Source: Octopus bimaculoides (Eukaryota). Taken from it: a stretch of DNA of 43,418 bases. The DNA lies in NCBI RefSeq assembly GCF_001194135.2, contig NC_068998.1, positions 26,671,983 to 26,715,400 on the forward strand, given 5' to 3'. Below, one piece after another: positions 12,480 through 24,849 of the stretch (position 1 is the first letter of the stretch; each line of letters starts with the position of its first letter). The notes beneath the pieces are model-generated. The model searched no databases and had not been told where the DNA came from. It saw only the letters and a program-made list of their open reading frames with translations. A program made the translations under genes and the position numbers.

Positions 12480-12885
12480 TGAAGCAAATTAATCTCAAAT
12501 AAATCATCACCAGAACTATATATTGTATATATTCTTTGTCTTTTTTCTCATCAACAGATCAAAACAAAAACTTAAAAAATAATATTCTGTGTGTGAATGT
12601 GTATGCATGTGTCTATGTGTGTGTGTACATGCACACACATTTAAAGAGACTGAGATAAATGCACTTTGTTTTCCATTTTGTTTAAAAATTTTAGTTACAA
12701 ACAAATAAATATTCTAAAAGAAAATTTACAATTTGCTTTGATTTTTTATCAGCTTAAGATTATTTCTGAAAATAGCTTATTTTCATGAAAATTCTGTCTA
12801 TGAATAAATAATAATTTCATTAAACCCGCGCAAAACACACAAAGCACATCATACACTCTCTAACCCCTGTTTTATTCTATTCCAG

Positions 12886-13018
12886 GTTGTAGACGGTGTG
12901 CACAGAGTTACACTGACAATTGATAAAGTTTTGAAACGCCATTTCAACACAACTTTCTTCCTAGAAGTTGAAACTGAAGATAATAAAGTTCACACTCACC
13001 CTGTAAGGTTAACTGAAA
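12886..13018 (+). CDS. Ig-superfamily gene, exon encoding the C-terminal half of the membrane-proximal Ig domain
   Basis: Acceptor ttattctattccag, donor A|GTAAGT, phase 0 to 1. Translates VVDGVHRVTLTIDKVLKRHFNTTFFLEVETEDNKVHTHPVRLTE (E-strand LTI, F-strand aromatic pattern). Confidence 0.88.
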
Positions 13019-13857
13019 GTAAGTCTTGTTAAACATTTTTATTAGCCTCACTGTCCACATTATATTCTGCTCATTTTGGAATCATGCTGTATTTCAAATG
13101 TGTATTTAAACATGCGTGGGTATTTTATATTTTATTACGTTTTGCATGAAGCAGAGATCTTTTCTTCTTGCACGATGCTGTCTATCAGTACTTTATGCTC
13201 AACATGTACTACAAACTAAGTGCCACTCACTCAGCGCTGACATAACTCAAAGCCAAACCTTCTGCCAAAGTTCTTCCACTTTTTTTATTCCTCTGCACAG
13301 CCACCATTGGAAACAGACTGCCTCCTTGCCCATATTCCACCTTAGGACTCAAAAAATTCTGTTTTGAAACAATGACTAATCAGTTTGGTTTCATCTGATT
13401 CTTATTCACTCTAAATATGGATTCTCACCCTTATAGCCTCATTACAGTCTCCATGATACAAGGTATCATGGTCCTTTAGGTCATTATTCATTTTTTAATG
13501 TAGGAGCTTATATTCCCTAATGAATTCCTTCTAGTTTAATATATTTTATTAGCACCAGTAATCTCAAAAGAAATTGTGATATTCTGCCAATTCAGAAAAA
13601 CAAGAAGATAAAAGACGGAGGGAATTAAGGCTTAATATTGAATTACTTTTATAACCTCTACTTACAAATACACTGAATTGATGAGTAAAGAAATATTTAA
13701 AGTATCAACAGAGCCTGAACTTGCTTTCTCTGTTGTTTTAGCGTTCATTGTACTCAGTGTTCAGCATTTTGTTTGGTTTCTGATTATATTTCCTATGAAC
13801 TCAGAAAATAATATACTATCCAGCAAAACTTCAAAGGAAGAAAACTTTTTGTTTCAT

Positions 13858-13891
<34 letters not shown>

Positions 13892-13905
13892 ATATATATA
13901 TATAT

Positions 13906-14026
13906 NNNNNNNNNNNNNNNNNNNNNNNNNNNNNNNNNNNNNNNNNNNNNNNNNNNNNNNNNNNNNNNNNNNNNNNNNNNNNNNNNNNNNNNNNNNNNNN
14001 NNNNNNNNNNNNNNNNNNNNNNNNNN
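13906..14026. other. Assembly gap (N)
   Basis: N run flanked by (TA)n. Confidence 1.
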
Positions 14027-14387
14027 ATATAGATACAAGCATACAAGTGTTTAGATTTTTATTTTCTAGAATTATCTTTCAACTTAACCGTAATAATTGA
14101 ATGTTCCTTCATTTACACACATTCTATTAACATAGAAGAAGAATTTTTTAAAATTCATGAAGTAGAGTCTACAACTTAGTGATATATTGTTTTTAAAAAT
14201 TTACAATTCCAATTATTAAATATATCTATTTCAATCTAGCATTTCGATCAGAAAACTGTTGTATTATAAATATATTATCCCTCATTATCCCAGATTTATT
14301 TTATTGTTAAATACTTCAATATTTTGTCATTTACCTTGACTAATCTTCTTTCTTTTTCTTTTTTTTTTATTTTATTTTATTTTACAG

Positions 14388-14476
14388 AACAATGGTCTTC
14401 TGCTTCAACTAGGCATTATCAAGAATTCCTTTTCACAGCACTGCTAACTTTAACTGCTAAGATTCTGACCAACTGA
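14388..14476 (+). CDS. Ig-superfamily gene, terminal coding exon with GPI-anchor-signal-like C-terminus
   Basis: Long pyrimidine tract plus ttttacag, phase 1. Translates KQWSSASTRHYQEFLFTALLTLTAKILTN*: small residues (SSAS), a polar spacer, a hydrophobic end and no cytoplasmic tail. Stop TGA at 14474-14476. Confidence 0.8.
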
Positions 14477-14601
14477 TTTGTAGGTGCTTAAAACAAGGGA
14501 ATGGCTGGGTTTTAGCAGATGAATTAAGGACCAAAGTGAAAACAAAAACAGTCGAGTGAATGGATATGTCTGAGTGTATATAAAGTAAAAAAAAAAAATT
14601 T

Positions 14602-14607
14602 AATAAA
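14602..14607 (+). terminator. Candidate polyadenylation signal of the Ig gene
   Basis: AATAAA about 125 nt after the stop codon. The hexamer is common in AT-rich DNA. Confidence 0.35.
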
Positions 14608-15140
14608 AAATTCAAACAAACAACTAAAAAAACTACTGTGCAGGATGAATTGGCTGCAGTGAGAATGAAAACTGAGCAAGTTACCTAGGAAATCACCATC
14701 AAATCACCACAAACTATCTGAAATACTCACAAGCTCTGATCTTTTAAAATTATTAACACCCTGCCAGAATATTTCTTATAACAGTGACTGTATCAATAAC
14801 TACTACCAACCACCACTGGTATTGCTACTTTTCCCTTCGCCTATAGTTAAATGTCATTGTTTTACAAATACTCTTACATTTTATAAGCAAGAAAAATAAT
14901 TGATTTCCTTTATTTTTTATGTAATATTCTTCCAGTTTTTAAAGTAAGAGGTGTATGTATGTATATATATATGCATACATTTGTATGTATATATATAAAT
15001 ACACATATATATATTCATACTCATATGTGTATATCTATATTTATTCACATGTACATATATAGATGTTTACATTTATAAACATATGTAAATATAAATATAT
15101 ATATATATATGCATATACATATTCACATTTATATACATAC

Positions 15141-15191
<51 letters not shown>

Positions 15192-15502
15192 CTGTATGTG
15201 TATGTTTGTGTGTACTTAATTATATGACAGTAGGTGTATACATGTACACATGTGTATGCACATATTTAAGGATATATCTATATTATATGTACTATGTGCA
15301 AACAACAACATACAAATACAAATATTTGTTAGTATTTTGCTTTCATTTTCATTTGTTCTTTTTTTCTTTAATTTTGAAGGCTACATAGTGAGTGTTACAT
15401 TGATATGAGTTATTGAAAATTATTATGAGAAAGGAAAGAGGATAGGAGAGAAAGACAGTGTGGAAGAAAATATTTGTCTTTCTCATAGCCTATTCCTTTT
15501 CT

Positions 15503-15508
15503 TTTATT
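15503..15508 (-). terminator. Candidate polyadenylation signal of the minus-strand gene
   Basis: AATAAA on the minus strand about 175 nt past the TAA at 15682-15684. Confidence 0.35.
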
Positions 15509-15681
15509 GCTGACACTGATCAAGCCAAGAATGATATGAAGTCTGGCTCATTCAGGGAAATTGGTTATTCATCTTTGCTTGAATCTAGGTTTTAGTTTGA
15601 TACAGTTGTTGTTAGATGATGAGTATGATGTCTAGAGAAAGAGAGAGATATAGAAATACATTCAGACTCAGAGTACACTGT

Positions 15682-15834
15682 TTAACTTTTCTTTTGATTT
15701 TCTGCTTTGTAAATGTTTTGACCAATGCCCCTTTCCAACCTATTCAACATTGTTTCACCATTAAAATCAAATTGCTTTACTACTTGTGGAGGTGAGTTCA
15801 ATCTTATCGATGGCTTTAAAAACATTTTGTAATC
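15682..15834 (-). CDS. Probable terminal coding exon of an unidentified minus-strand gene
   Basis: Acceptor ttttgtaactcttatag, phase 0. Translates DYKMFLKPSIRLNSPPQVVKQFDFNGETMLNRLERGIGQNIYKAENQKKS*. Phase matches the donor at 17174. No family recognised. Confidence 0.5.
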   Translation of the reverse strand, partial: DYKMFLKPSIRLNSPPQVVKQFDFNGETMLNRLERGIGQNIYKAENQKKS

Positions 15835-16464
15835 CTATAAGAGTTACAAAAATGCATTTTAATATCTTCCCACATGCAGGCATTTTGTATTCATCTCCTT
15901 AAGATACAATATATATACACACATACATGCATTATACATATGTATAATCCAGACATATAGTCAACATATGGAGATATTGCTTATCTAATGATAGAAATAT
16001 AACATACAACTCTTAATGCATGTGTACAGCTTAATTTATGAAGCTACCATAGATTCTCTTCAATTTACTTCTGCCAAGATGTTTTTCTTTGTTTAATACT
16101 GTATTTTAGTTCATTTTATGAGTTCTCTAAAATTAATTCACCTCCAACTGTTTTCTCTTAATTTAAGATTTCTTTTGCATTTCTTGGAAATTCAAAAATT
16201 AAAATAAAATAATTTAAAGGAGCTTCCATTTCCAGTTGAGAGTAGTGTTTCCTGCTCAGTAATCATATATATGTATATATTCATGTATAATATATATACA
16301 TACTTGCATATACCTATGCATGTTTATATATGTAAGTATATACTTATATATATACATGTAAATATATCAATATAAATATATGAATATAAATATTCATATA
16401 TATGTGCGTATATATATGTATATATATATGTATGTGTATATGTGTGTGTATATACATACATATA

Positions 16465-16537
<73 letters not shown>

Positions 16538-17173
16538 CATATGTTACATCGCAAGTCTATTAAGAAAAGGAAAATATGTAATATACATTGTTTGTTATTA
16601 GATCAGAAAATTTCATCTGTATCTGATTTGTATAACAAATAGATCTAACTTCACACTTATTGTATGTACATATTGGCAACTATATGGCTGCATGTATGTA
16701 TGTTTGTACATACACACAAATACATCTTTCTATGCTTAATATTATAACTGCATGAAAATAGAAATGGTACATTTATGAATCACAATTACCTGTTTACATA
16801 TACATACATATACACATACATAGATACATATATACATACCTATCTATATGTATGTATGTATATATATGAGTGTATATATATATGTGTGTGTGTATATAAT
16901 TATATATATAATATATAATTTATAAATATATATATGATGTATATATATATATATACATATTCTTTTTAACCTTTTTGTCTACATTCTCTTTGGAATGTAC
17001 TCTGTAGTGTGATGTATAAATATAGTTTCTCACTGGCATTCTCATTGACAACTTATTTTTGTTATCATTACAACATTTACAATTGATAACTATTAGAATG
17101 TGGGAGAGGAGTATTTGATAGTAATTCTGAAACTGGGGACTCTGCCTTAGTGAATATAGACTATATGACATAC

Positions 17174-17512
17174 CTGGGACTTGCCCAGCCGAATATCAGA
17201 TCTCTGACAGATTTGGGACCCTGCTTGAGGAAACACATTTTTGAAATAGCTTGTGTCTGCACTCGAAAGACGTTGTTTTCTTAGAGAACAGGTATCTGTC
17301 CCAAGTAAACATGGTGTCTCTGAGAAACTTAAAACTTCCTCAGAAAGATAATATTTGCATTTCTGTCCTTGATATTCTTCTATTCTTTTTTGTTTTTTTT
17401 TTATTCTTTGTCTCTCCTTCCTTCTTTGACCATTCTTTTCAGGAAAATTTCTAAAATTTTCAGTGAAGCAGTTGAAAACACAGTTTTGTGGTTGTGTTAA
17501 TAATAAATTGCA
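17174..17512 (-). CDS. Probable penultimate exon of the unidentified minus-strand gene (basic, low complexity)
   Basis: 113 stop-free codons between tttctag and a strong CAG|GTATGT donor: CNLLLTQPQNCVFNCFTENFRNFPEKNGQRRKERQRIKKKQKRIEEYQGQKCKYY...QRSDIRLGKSQ. Alternative acceptors at 17451 and 17320 use the same frame. No start codon, so it is missing from the ORF track. Confidence 0.5.
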
Positions 17513-20500
17513 CTAGAAATTTTAGAATTTCCCGCTGCTTAAATGTGTAAAAATGATTTTTTTTTTTTTAAAAAAAAGGAAAAAAAGCTAGTAATATCTG
17601 CTCAATCTTTTGTTTTATTTTTTAAATGAAAACAAAAATCAAACAAAAATAAAATCATGTAAATTTTCTCTTTTCTTTTTCATTCAACTACCCAAGAGTA
17701 CATATTCTTTTGCTTTCCGATTATTGACTGAAGATATGTTGCTTGACATAACATTAGAAGTTATAGATATACAAAACTTGTTTCTTTCACTTTTTTTCAT
17801 TTTATTTTTTTAATCTGCTACATTCAAATTCAATCTGATCCAAAGAGCTTTGGCTGTTGTTCTTAAAATTAAGGTTAAATTGTCATGTGGTTTTGTATGT
17901 TTAAATTATATAAGATAAACACTTTATTGTTACATGGGACCAAATCATATAGTAACTTTGTTTTCATTTTAGTTGAAATAATATAAAGGCTTCAGTTTCC
18001 TTTTTTCATTTGTTTCATTCATACAATTAGTGTTGAATGGCCAATAGGTGTAATAAGATCAATGACGATCATAAATTATGTTGAAATGATAATTACAAAA
18101 TATTAAATCCCAATGATGCATTTGCTAGTAGGTCTTCTTCACCTGTCACTTCTTCCCTCTTTGTTGAAATTGATGTACATTTTCAGCTGTTTACTCTCAA
18201 GGTTCTTGTAGGTGTCATCATGTATTTCTTAAGATTTTCGTTTGGAACTGAAATATATTTCCCAAAATATTCATATGTGTGAGAATGTATATTTATGGAC
18301 AGATATACTAAGAACAACTCTTTGAAAGAAAAACATCCTAAAATTTCTACTGAATATATGGAAAATCTTGAATGAGTCATAAAGGCAACAAATGGAAAGC
18401 TTTTCTTCTAAGATTCTTTCAAACAAGATTTTCAAAGCTAAATGTGTGCACGATTTTAGTTTTCTGATACAACAGGATGAAAATGAAGATATTGTACAAA
18501 ATAGTGAGTGCCTGCAGCTTATTAATTTTGTTTTTATTTTTTGCATAACTACAATGTTTTTTTTTTATTTATTTATTCATTTATTTCGCTTTAATCAAGA
18601 TCTTATAGTATATTTTGCCATTTTGTTTTAATCTTATGAAAATAAAATTTGGTCTTAATTATGATGTCAACAAAAATCAGAATGTTTGTCACAGCTCTCT
18701 TTATTTTTAATTTTTTAAATCTATATTATTGACAATGATGATGATGATGATGATGATAATGATGTTCTGAGCTAAATATATTGATGTTGCCACATGACGC
18801 ATAAATAGCAATAAATCATATTATTATGGAGTAATAAAACTTATTCTTCTTGTACTCTTTATCAATATTTTCTGCCTCACACATACATACACACACATAC
18901 ATTCACACACATACATCACTCACATATGCATGAGCATCCAAAATACATACTTAATGCAAAGGGATCAATAAACAGGCATTGTTTTGCCTAACATATAACA
19001 AGGCTCAATAGCGACAAGTTCGCAAATATGTATTACTGTTCTTTGCACTAGTATCACCAATAGTAATCCTAGTGTGTCCCTTTTCAGATTGTTTCTCAAA
19101 CTGTTTTATGTGTTTTCACTTTGCCAATATGTAACCACACACAACTTCTCTACATTACTTCAATAGCTGATATTTTAGTGCAGCATGAAATCAAAGAAAA
19201 ATGTGCTATTAATAGGAGAGTTTTGGGCAATTATTCTTTGAAATTGAGATAATGGTTACAATTAACATATTCTAAATAGAAATAATATGGGATTTAAGGG
19301 CCAAAATAGTTGATACTAAAAATATTTTTCACGCTTACATCATTATCTATGTATAGCTGTAGGTTTAAACTTTTCTCTCATTAGAGATATATTGAAATAT
19401 ACTGCTGCAGAAGAAATATAATATTTATGGATAACCTTTTTTTTATTATTATTTTGATGCCTACCAATTTAATTGGATCACTTACAGTCCTCAACTGAGT
19501 GTTTGTCAGGTGTAAATTTCCTCTATAAAAGCATGCTATGAATAATACCACAAGCTAATTATTGCAGTTAATTTACATTCCTCTAAACATGCTTTACAAA
19601 TAAAACAGAAAGGGGAAGCATTATTTATTGACTCCACCCCCATCTAAAGAGATGTTCCTGTTAAATAGACATTAAGGGTGACATTCAACCAATGATCTCT
19701 GAAATCTTGTTGCAGCAACTCTTTTATTTATGCTATTTTTTTAAACTTAAAAACTGAGCTAATAGAATAAAATAATCAGCTATTTCTTTGTTTGTATAGC
19801 ACATGTGAAATAAATTTAGATTTAATTTCTTATTGTTTCAAATAAAAGATTTTTCTTTATATTTTTTGTTGTTTTATCTGAAAAGAAGGCCGAATTATAA
19901 AGAAAATATGAGCATTCAAACAAAATATTTAATTTGTTATTATTAACAAGCACAAATTTTTTCTTGCTCTTTATACTAGAGATTTTTTGAAAGTCTACAT
20001 AGGGTTCTAACTACCAACTGATGAGTCCGTGGTTCATATCCAGCAATCTGTTTCAAGATGTGTCAGTATTCAAGGTTCTGAACACTTAATGGCTGTACAG
20101 ACTTTGTTGCCCAGAAGATGCATGCAAGAAAGTTGTATACTTTTGTCATAGTGCTACAAAAATTGACAGGTGTTTCTTTAGTTTGCAGTATTGACCCAGT
20201 ATAGGTTGCTATAGCACATGCTGGCTGACATAAACAGCCTTCAGTCACATTTCTATAACACAAGCACCAAATGGGAATCACCAGCAATTAAAATACGACA
20301 TTTGAACAAATTACCATTTTGTTTCCAAAGGGTTCTTGATAAATATATACCAAAATGATGTATCAACATTCTGAAACCAGAGTATCCTGCAACTTTATAG
20401 AAATTATTCCTTTACTGAATGAGAATGTAAATGAAATGATACAGGATACCTATTCAGGTGAAAGTAATATTCGATGAATTCATAACAATTTCACAGGAAT

Positions 20501-20718
20501 TTTATAAGTGTTTGGGCTCCAAGTTTGCAAAAACCTTGAACACTAGACAAATACAGATTAGACCCTCTACTTTTGCATTCCATGTTAAAATAATTTCAAT
20601 GCAAATTTCAGGGATTGTCTTCCCTTGCCTTTGGGTTTCTTGTTTTTGTTTATATTTTTTATCAAAGTTAGACATTTAGAAAAAAATTGTTCTCATCACT
20701 GAGGACTACTTTTATTAC

Positions 20719-20811
20719 CTCTATTAGAATTTCTTCAATTCCTACATCAATAGCCACTTTACCATTAGGTTTTCTTGTCATAGGCATCCCCGAATATTTC
20801 ATATGATTATT
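20719..20811 (-). CDS. Possible upstream exon of the minus-strand gene
   Basis: ttgtattag acceptor, GAG|GTAATA donor, 93 nt, phase 0-0, NNHMKYSGMPMTRKPNGKVAIDVGIEEILIE. Splice sites are only moderate. Confidence 0.25.
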
Positions 20812-21409
20812 CTAATACAATATGTAACCTCACACCATAACATTCTCAGTTCAAATTGCTCCAAAATCAATGTTGTCTTCTATCAGTTCAAAATCAATAA
20901 AATCAGAGCCAGAAATATACTGCAGATTGATTCTACCTTCAGTTTATATCAGAAATCATTATTTTAAGAGAGCATCAAATGTGAATTATTTTTAGAATAG
21001 CTGAAAGATGTGTGTGATATTTGACAATTGGAAGTGTAAATGTGTTTATATTTTGTAAGCAGGGTGTTTGTTTTGGTATACAAAGCAAATGGAAAAAAAT
21101 AAAATGTTAATCCTGCACATGGCATCTCCTTTGTCTTTGTACTGCTGTATTTATTCACTAGAGTATATAGAATATACAAATATTGTCAGGTGGCTAAATA
21201 TGTCAGTGTTAATATTAGAGACGTTGGTTCGATTTTCTCCAGTCTCTTGTTTTATTCTCTTTCCTGTCAGCTGAATAAACACTGTTTAAAACACTTTATA
21301 AACATCTTTAGTTATATAGTAGTTTATCCCAAGCTCATCTCTTAATGGAGCAGGAACATAAAAGATGTTCTAAACAATATAATCCTACATGTAGAACTGT
21401 ATTGTTTAA

Positions 21410-23330
21410 CCTTCTGTCTACCAATGGGTCCAATTGACCCATTTCAGTTTTTTCAGTTGCTTTTTCCTACTGTTTATATTATTTGATTCTGCTGATTTCT
21501 TGTGAACCTTATTTTTTTTTGACTCTCTTTTATTTGTCAAATGGGAAATTTTCCGTGTGTTTATAAAAGCTAGAAAATTTCACTTTGTACATTAATTACC
21601 ATATGGGTCCACTGGACCCTCTAATTAAATTCAGACAATTCAGTTGTCATTCTAAACAGAATAAAAGCAGCATCAAATATTATTTTCCTAGATATTTATC
21701 AGATACAAAATAGATAAAATTATATTCAATTTATTTGCTAAATTTTAGATAAAATAGGAAAAATTATGAAAATATTCCTGTAAATTTGTGTGGTATTGCA
21801 TCACCTTTAATCTGCTAAGGTTATAGGGTGACGCAGTATTTCTGTGATGATGCAATTCTTACAGTATATTGCATCATCTTTCAGGAGAGTATAAATATGT
21901 GAGAGAGCAATATCTGTCTTTAGTCTGCAATCAAGTTTCATGTAGTGCAGTTATGCTTTCCAATATGGTTAGATGTGAAAACTTGAGCGAAGACCAAATG
22001 TCGAAAAGGTTATTGGAATTGGATGAAGAATGCAAAGAAGATAATAGTGATTCTTTCTATTGCTTTGAAGATGATGGTGAAAGTGATTGTGCACTGGACA
22101 GTTTAGGTTCTGTGTCATCAGATGATGAAGATACTCAAAAAACAATTATCTGTGAGCCACTCAATTATGAATGAGTGATACGTTTCCAGAGACAGACAAG
22201 AAGTTTGGCATTCTAACCCTCCTACTCAAGCAGCAGTAAGAACTTCATCTTGCAATATTGTGCGCCAAGAATGTGGACCATCCCGTTTTTGCTAAAAGGT
22301 CCTGCAATAACATTGAAACATGTTTTACTATCTTTATGCACCAGAATCTTCTTGAAGTAATTCATAAATGGACAAATGTTGAAGGTCAGGCTGTTTAAAA
22401 AGATAATTGGAAGGAAATTGATCACTCTGAACTAAAGAAATTTATTGGACTGATTATTCTTATAGGTGTTTATAAATGTAAACATGAAAATGGCCGCCCA
22501 ATATTCAACAAAATTATGAGCTGAGGAAGATTTCAACAGATTTTACAAGTATTGCACTTTGATGATGCTAGTGCAAGAGGAAAAAAGAAAAGTGATGATA
22601 AATTGGAGCCCATAAGAGAAGTATTTGAAATGTAGAATCAGAATTTGCAAGATGGATACGTTCCAAGTAAATGCATGACAACTGATGAACAATTAGTTTC
22701 ATTCAGAGGGCGCTGCCCATTCCGGGTATATATTCCTTCAAAACCAGGGAAATATGGAATTAAAATTGGGCAATATGTGACTGTGAAACATCTTATGCCT
22801 GGAAAATATAAATCTACACTGGAAAAGTCCCAGTAAAAGGGAGGAAGATAAATCAAGGTTCAAGAGTTGTTGAAGAGCTAGTAAAAGAACTTGAAAATAC
22901 TGGTCGCAATATAACTTGAGATAATTTTTTTACAAGTCTAGGATTGGCTCAAAAGCTGCTTAGCCAGAAAACTACTTTAGTTGGAACAATTAGAAAGAAC
23001 AGATATGAACTTCCAAGTGCTTTCACAAATGGAAAATAAAGAGAAATCAGCAGCACAATATTTGGATTTCAAAAGGATTCCATGATCCTATCTTATTGTA
23101 CCAAGAAAGATTATGTTCTCACACTTACAAATATTATGCACTCTCAGCCTTCAATTGATTCAAAAGTGATGAAAATAAATCTGAAATTATTACATGTTAC
23201 AACAAAACAAAAGGAGGAGTAGATACCCTAGATAAGATGGTAAGAACATACACTTGGGAAAGAATGACTCGAAGATGGCCTCTGTTTATATTCTACAACA
23301 TGATCGATATAAGTGCAGTGAATGCTTTGC
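21410..23330 (+). mobile_element. piggyBac (PGBD4-like) transposon relic, 3-prime truncated
   Basis: TTAA at 21406-21409 followed by CCTTCTGTCTACC. Acidic N-terminus and motifs ELKKFIGLIIL, MTTDEQLVSFRGRCPFRVYIPSKPGKYGIK, NIT*DNFFTS, LVGTIRKNR, YNKTKGGVDTLDKM. Multiple stops and frameshifts. Confidence 0.93.
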
Positions 23331-23338
23331 AATCATGC

Positions 23339-24579
23339 AAAGTTCATAGGCTGACCAAAATACTCTCATGAAATGTAACCGAATGAGATTTATTTTTCAA
23401 CATAGTCCCCCTTGTGGTCTACACATTTCTTCCATCGGTGTTGCAGTGTTTGTATCCTATTGGCGAAGATTTCATTGAGTTGTCCAAAAATGTCATCAAC
23501 AGCAGATATTACGTCATCATCATCACTGTGATACTGGTTCCTAGTCAAGTGTTTTTGCATGTTAAAGAACAGATGATAGTCAGATGTGGCGAAATCAGGT
23601 GAATAGGATGGGTGATCAACTAGTTCAAATTCGCAGTCACACATAACAGCCATTGAAATCAAGAACTTATTTGTTGGAGCATTGTCCTGGTGAAGCAAGA
23701 TCGCTTTCGTCAGTTTTCCTGAGCGTTTGGTCGTGATAGCCTTTCGTAACTAACTCAGCAAGTTAGCATAGTACTCTGCATTAATAGTGTGGCCCTTTTG
23801 AAGATAGTCAATCAACACAATTCCCTGCACCCACAAAAACCGAGGGTGTCATCGTCCCTGCAGATGAAACGATTTGGGCCTTGTTTGGAGAGATGAGGAA
23901 GGTGTTTCCACTGCATAGATTGCCTCTTTGTTTCTATCTCAAAGTGATGAACCCCACACTCATTCCGGCTTTGGAAACGTTCAAGGAAGCCAGCCGAATC
24001 TGTCTGAAACAATATGTCATATTTTGCCGTGATGTGATCAACCTGGTGCGCTTTTCATCAGATGTCAGAAGACGTGGAACCCACCAAATAGAAGCCTTCA
24101 TAATGCCAAGTTCATTGCACAGAATATTCTCAACACTCGCACAGGATATGTTAAAAGCATTGGCTATTTGATTTATAGTCAATTGTCTGTTATTAATCAA
24201 ACGGTGAATATGATCAATGTTATCCTCGGTGGTGGAAGTTGCAAGACGTCCAGATCTTGGGTCATCTTCAAGATTATCCCTTTCTCTCCTAAGTTCTGCT
24301 CCCCATTTTTTGCACTGTATATAAAACTGGAGCGTCATCACCTAATGTAGCAACTATGATAACACCACGATGATAACACCACGATGCCCAATTTTGTCCA
24401 TCTTCAAGAGAAGTCGTACTAGTCACTATTGAAGTCTTCTTTAGACAGTCAGATGTCAGTTTCCCTGGAAAGAAACAATATAGTTATTAATAAGGAGAGT
24501 TGAAATTAACGTATGCATGATTTCACAGCTCTAGCAATCACTCTTTCAGACACCCTATGAACTTTTCAGCCCACAGTCG
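23339..24579 (-). mobile_element. Near full-length mariner (DD34D) transposon, pseudogenised
   Basis: DDPRSGR, WVPRLLT, LHQDNAP, HPSYSPDFATSDYHLF and RWKKCVDHKGDYVEK*. TIR core AAAGTTCATAGG at 23339-23350 and inverted at 24554-24565; terminal TA at 24580-24581. Confidence 0.95.
24356..24383 (+). repeat. 14-bp tandem duplication inside the mariner 5-prime region
   Basis: ATGATAACACCACG x2. Confidence 0.95.
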
Positions 24580-24808
24580 TATTGTAGCGTGGTCTTACTT
24601 GTTGGTGAGTCAAACTGGTTAATGAAGGTGGACTTCAGAAGTATACGTCGCCACTTCTAGATTGAACGGCTTCATTAATATTGTGTAGTGTACATGTGAA
24701 TAATAACTGAAGCAAACTCACTAACATTCAACTTGATATTTATTGTTGGTCATAATGATATTTGGTGTTGACCAATTACACTGAAAAACATATTAATAAT
24801 TGCCGACT

Positions 24809-24848
<40 letters not shown>

Positions 24849-24849
24849 T

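Noticed and set aside
20063-20287. CLCQPAC..TY peptide reminiscent of DEG/ENaC cysteine motifs
   Set aside because: No flanking channel motifs or supporting exons.
21869-22174. 101-aa acidic ORF as a host gene
   Set aside because: It is the N-terminus of the broken piggyBac transposase.
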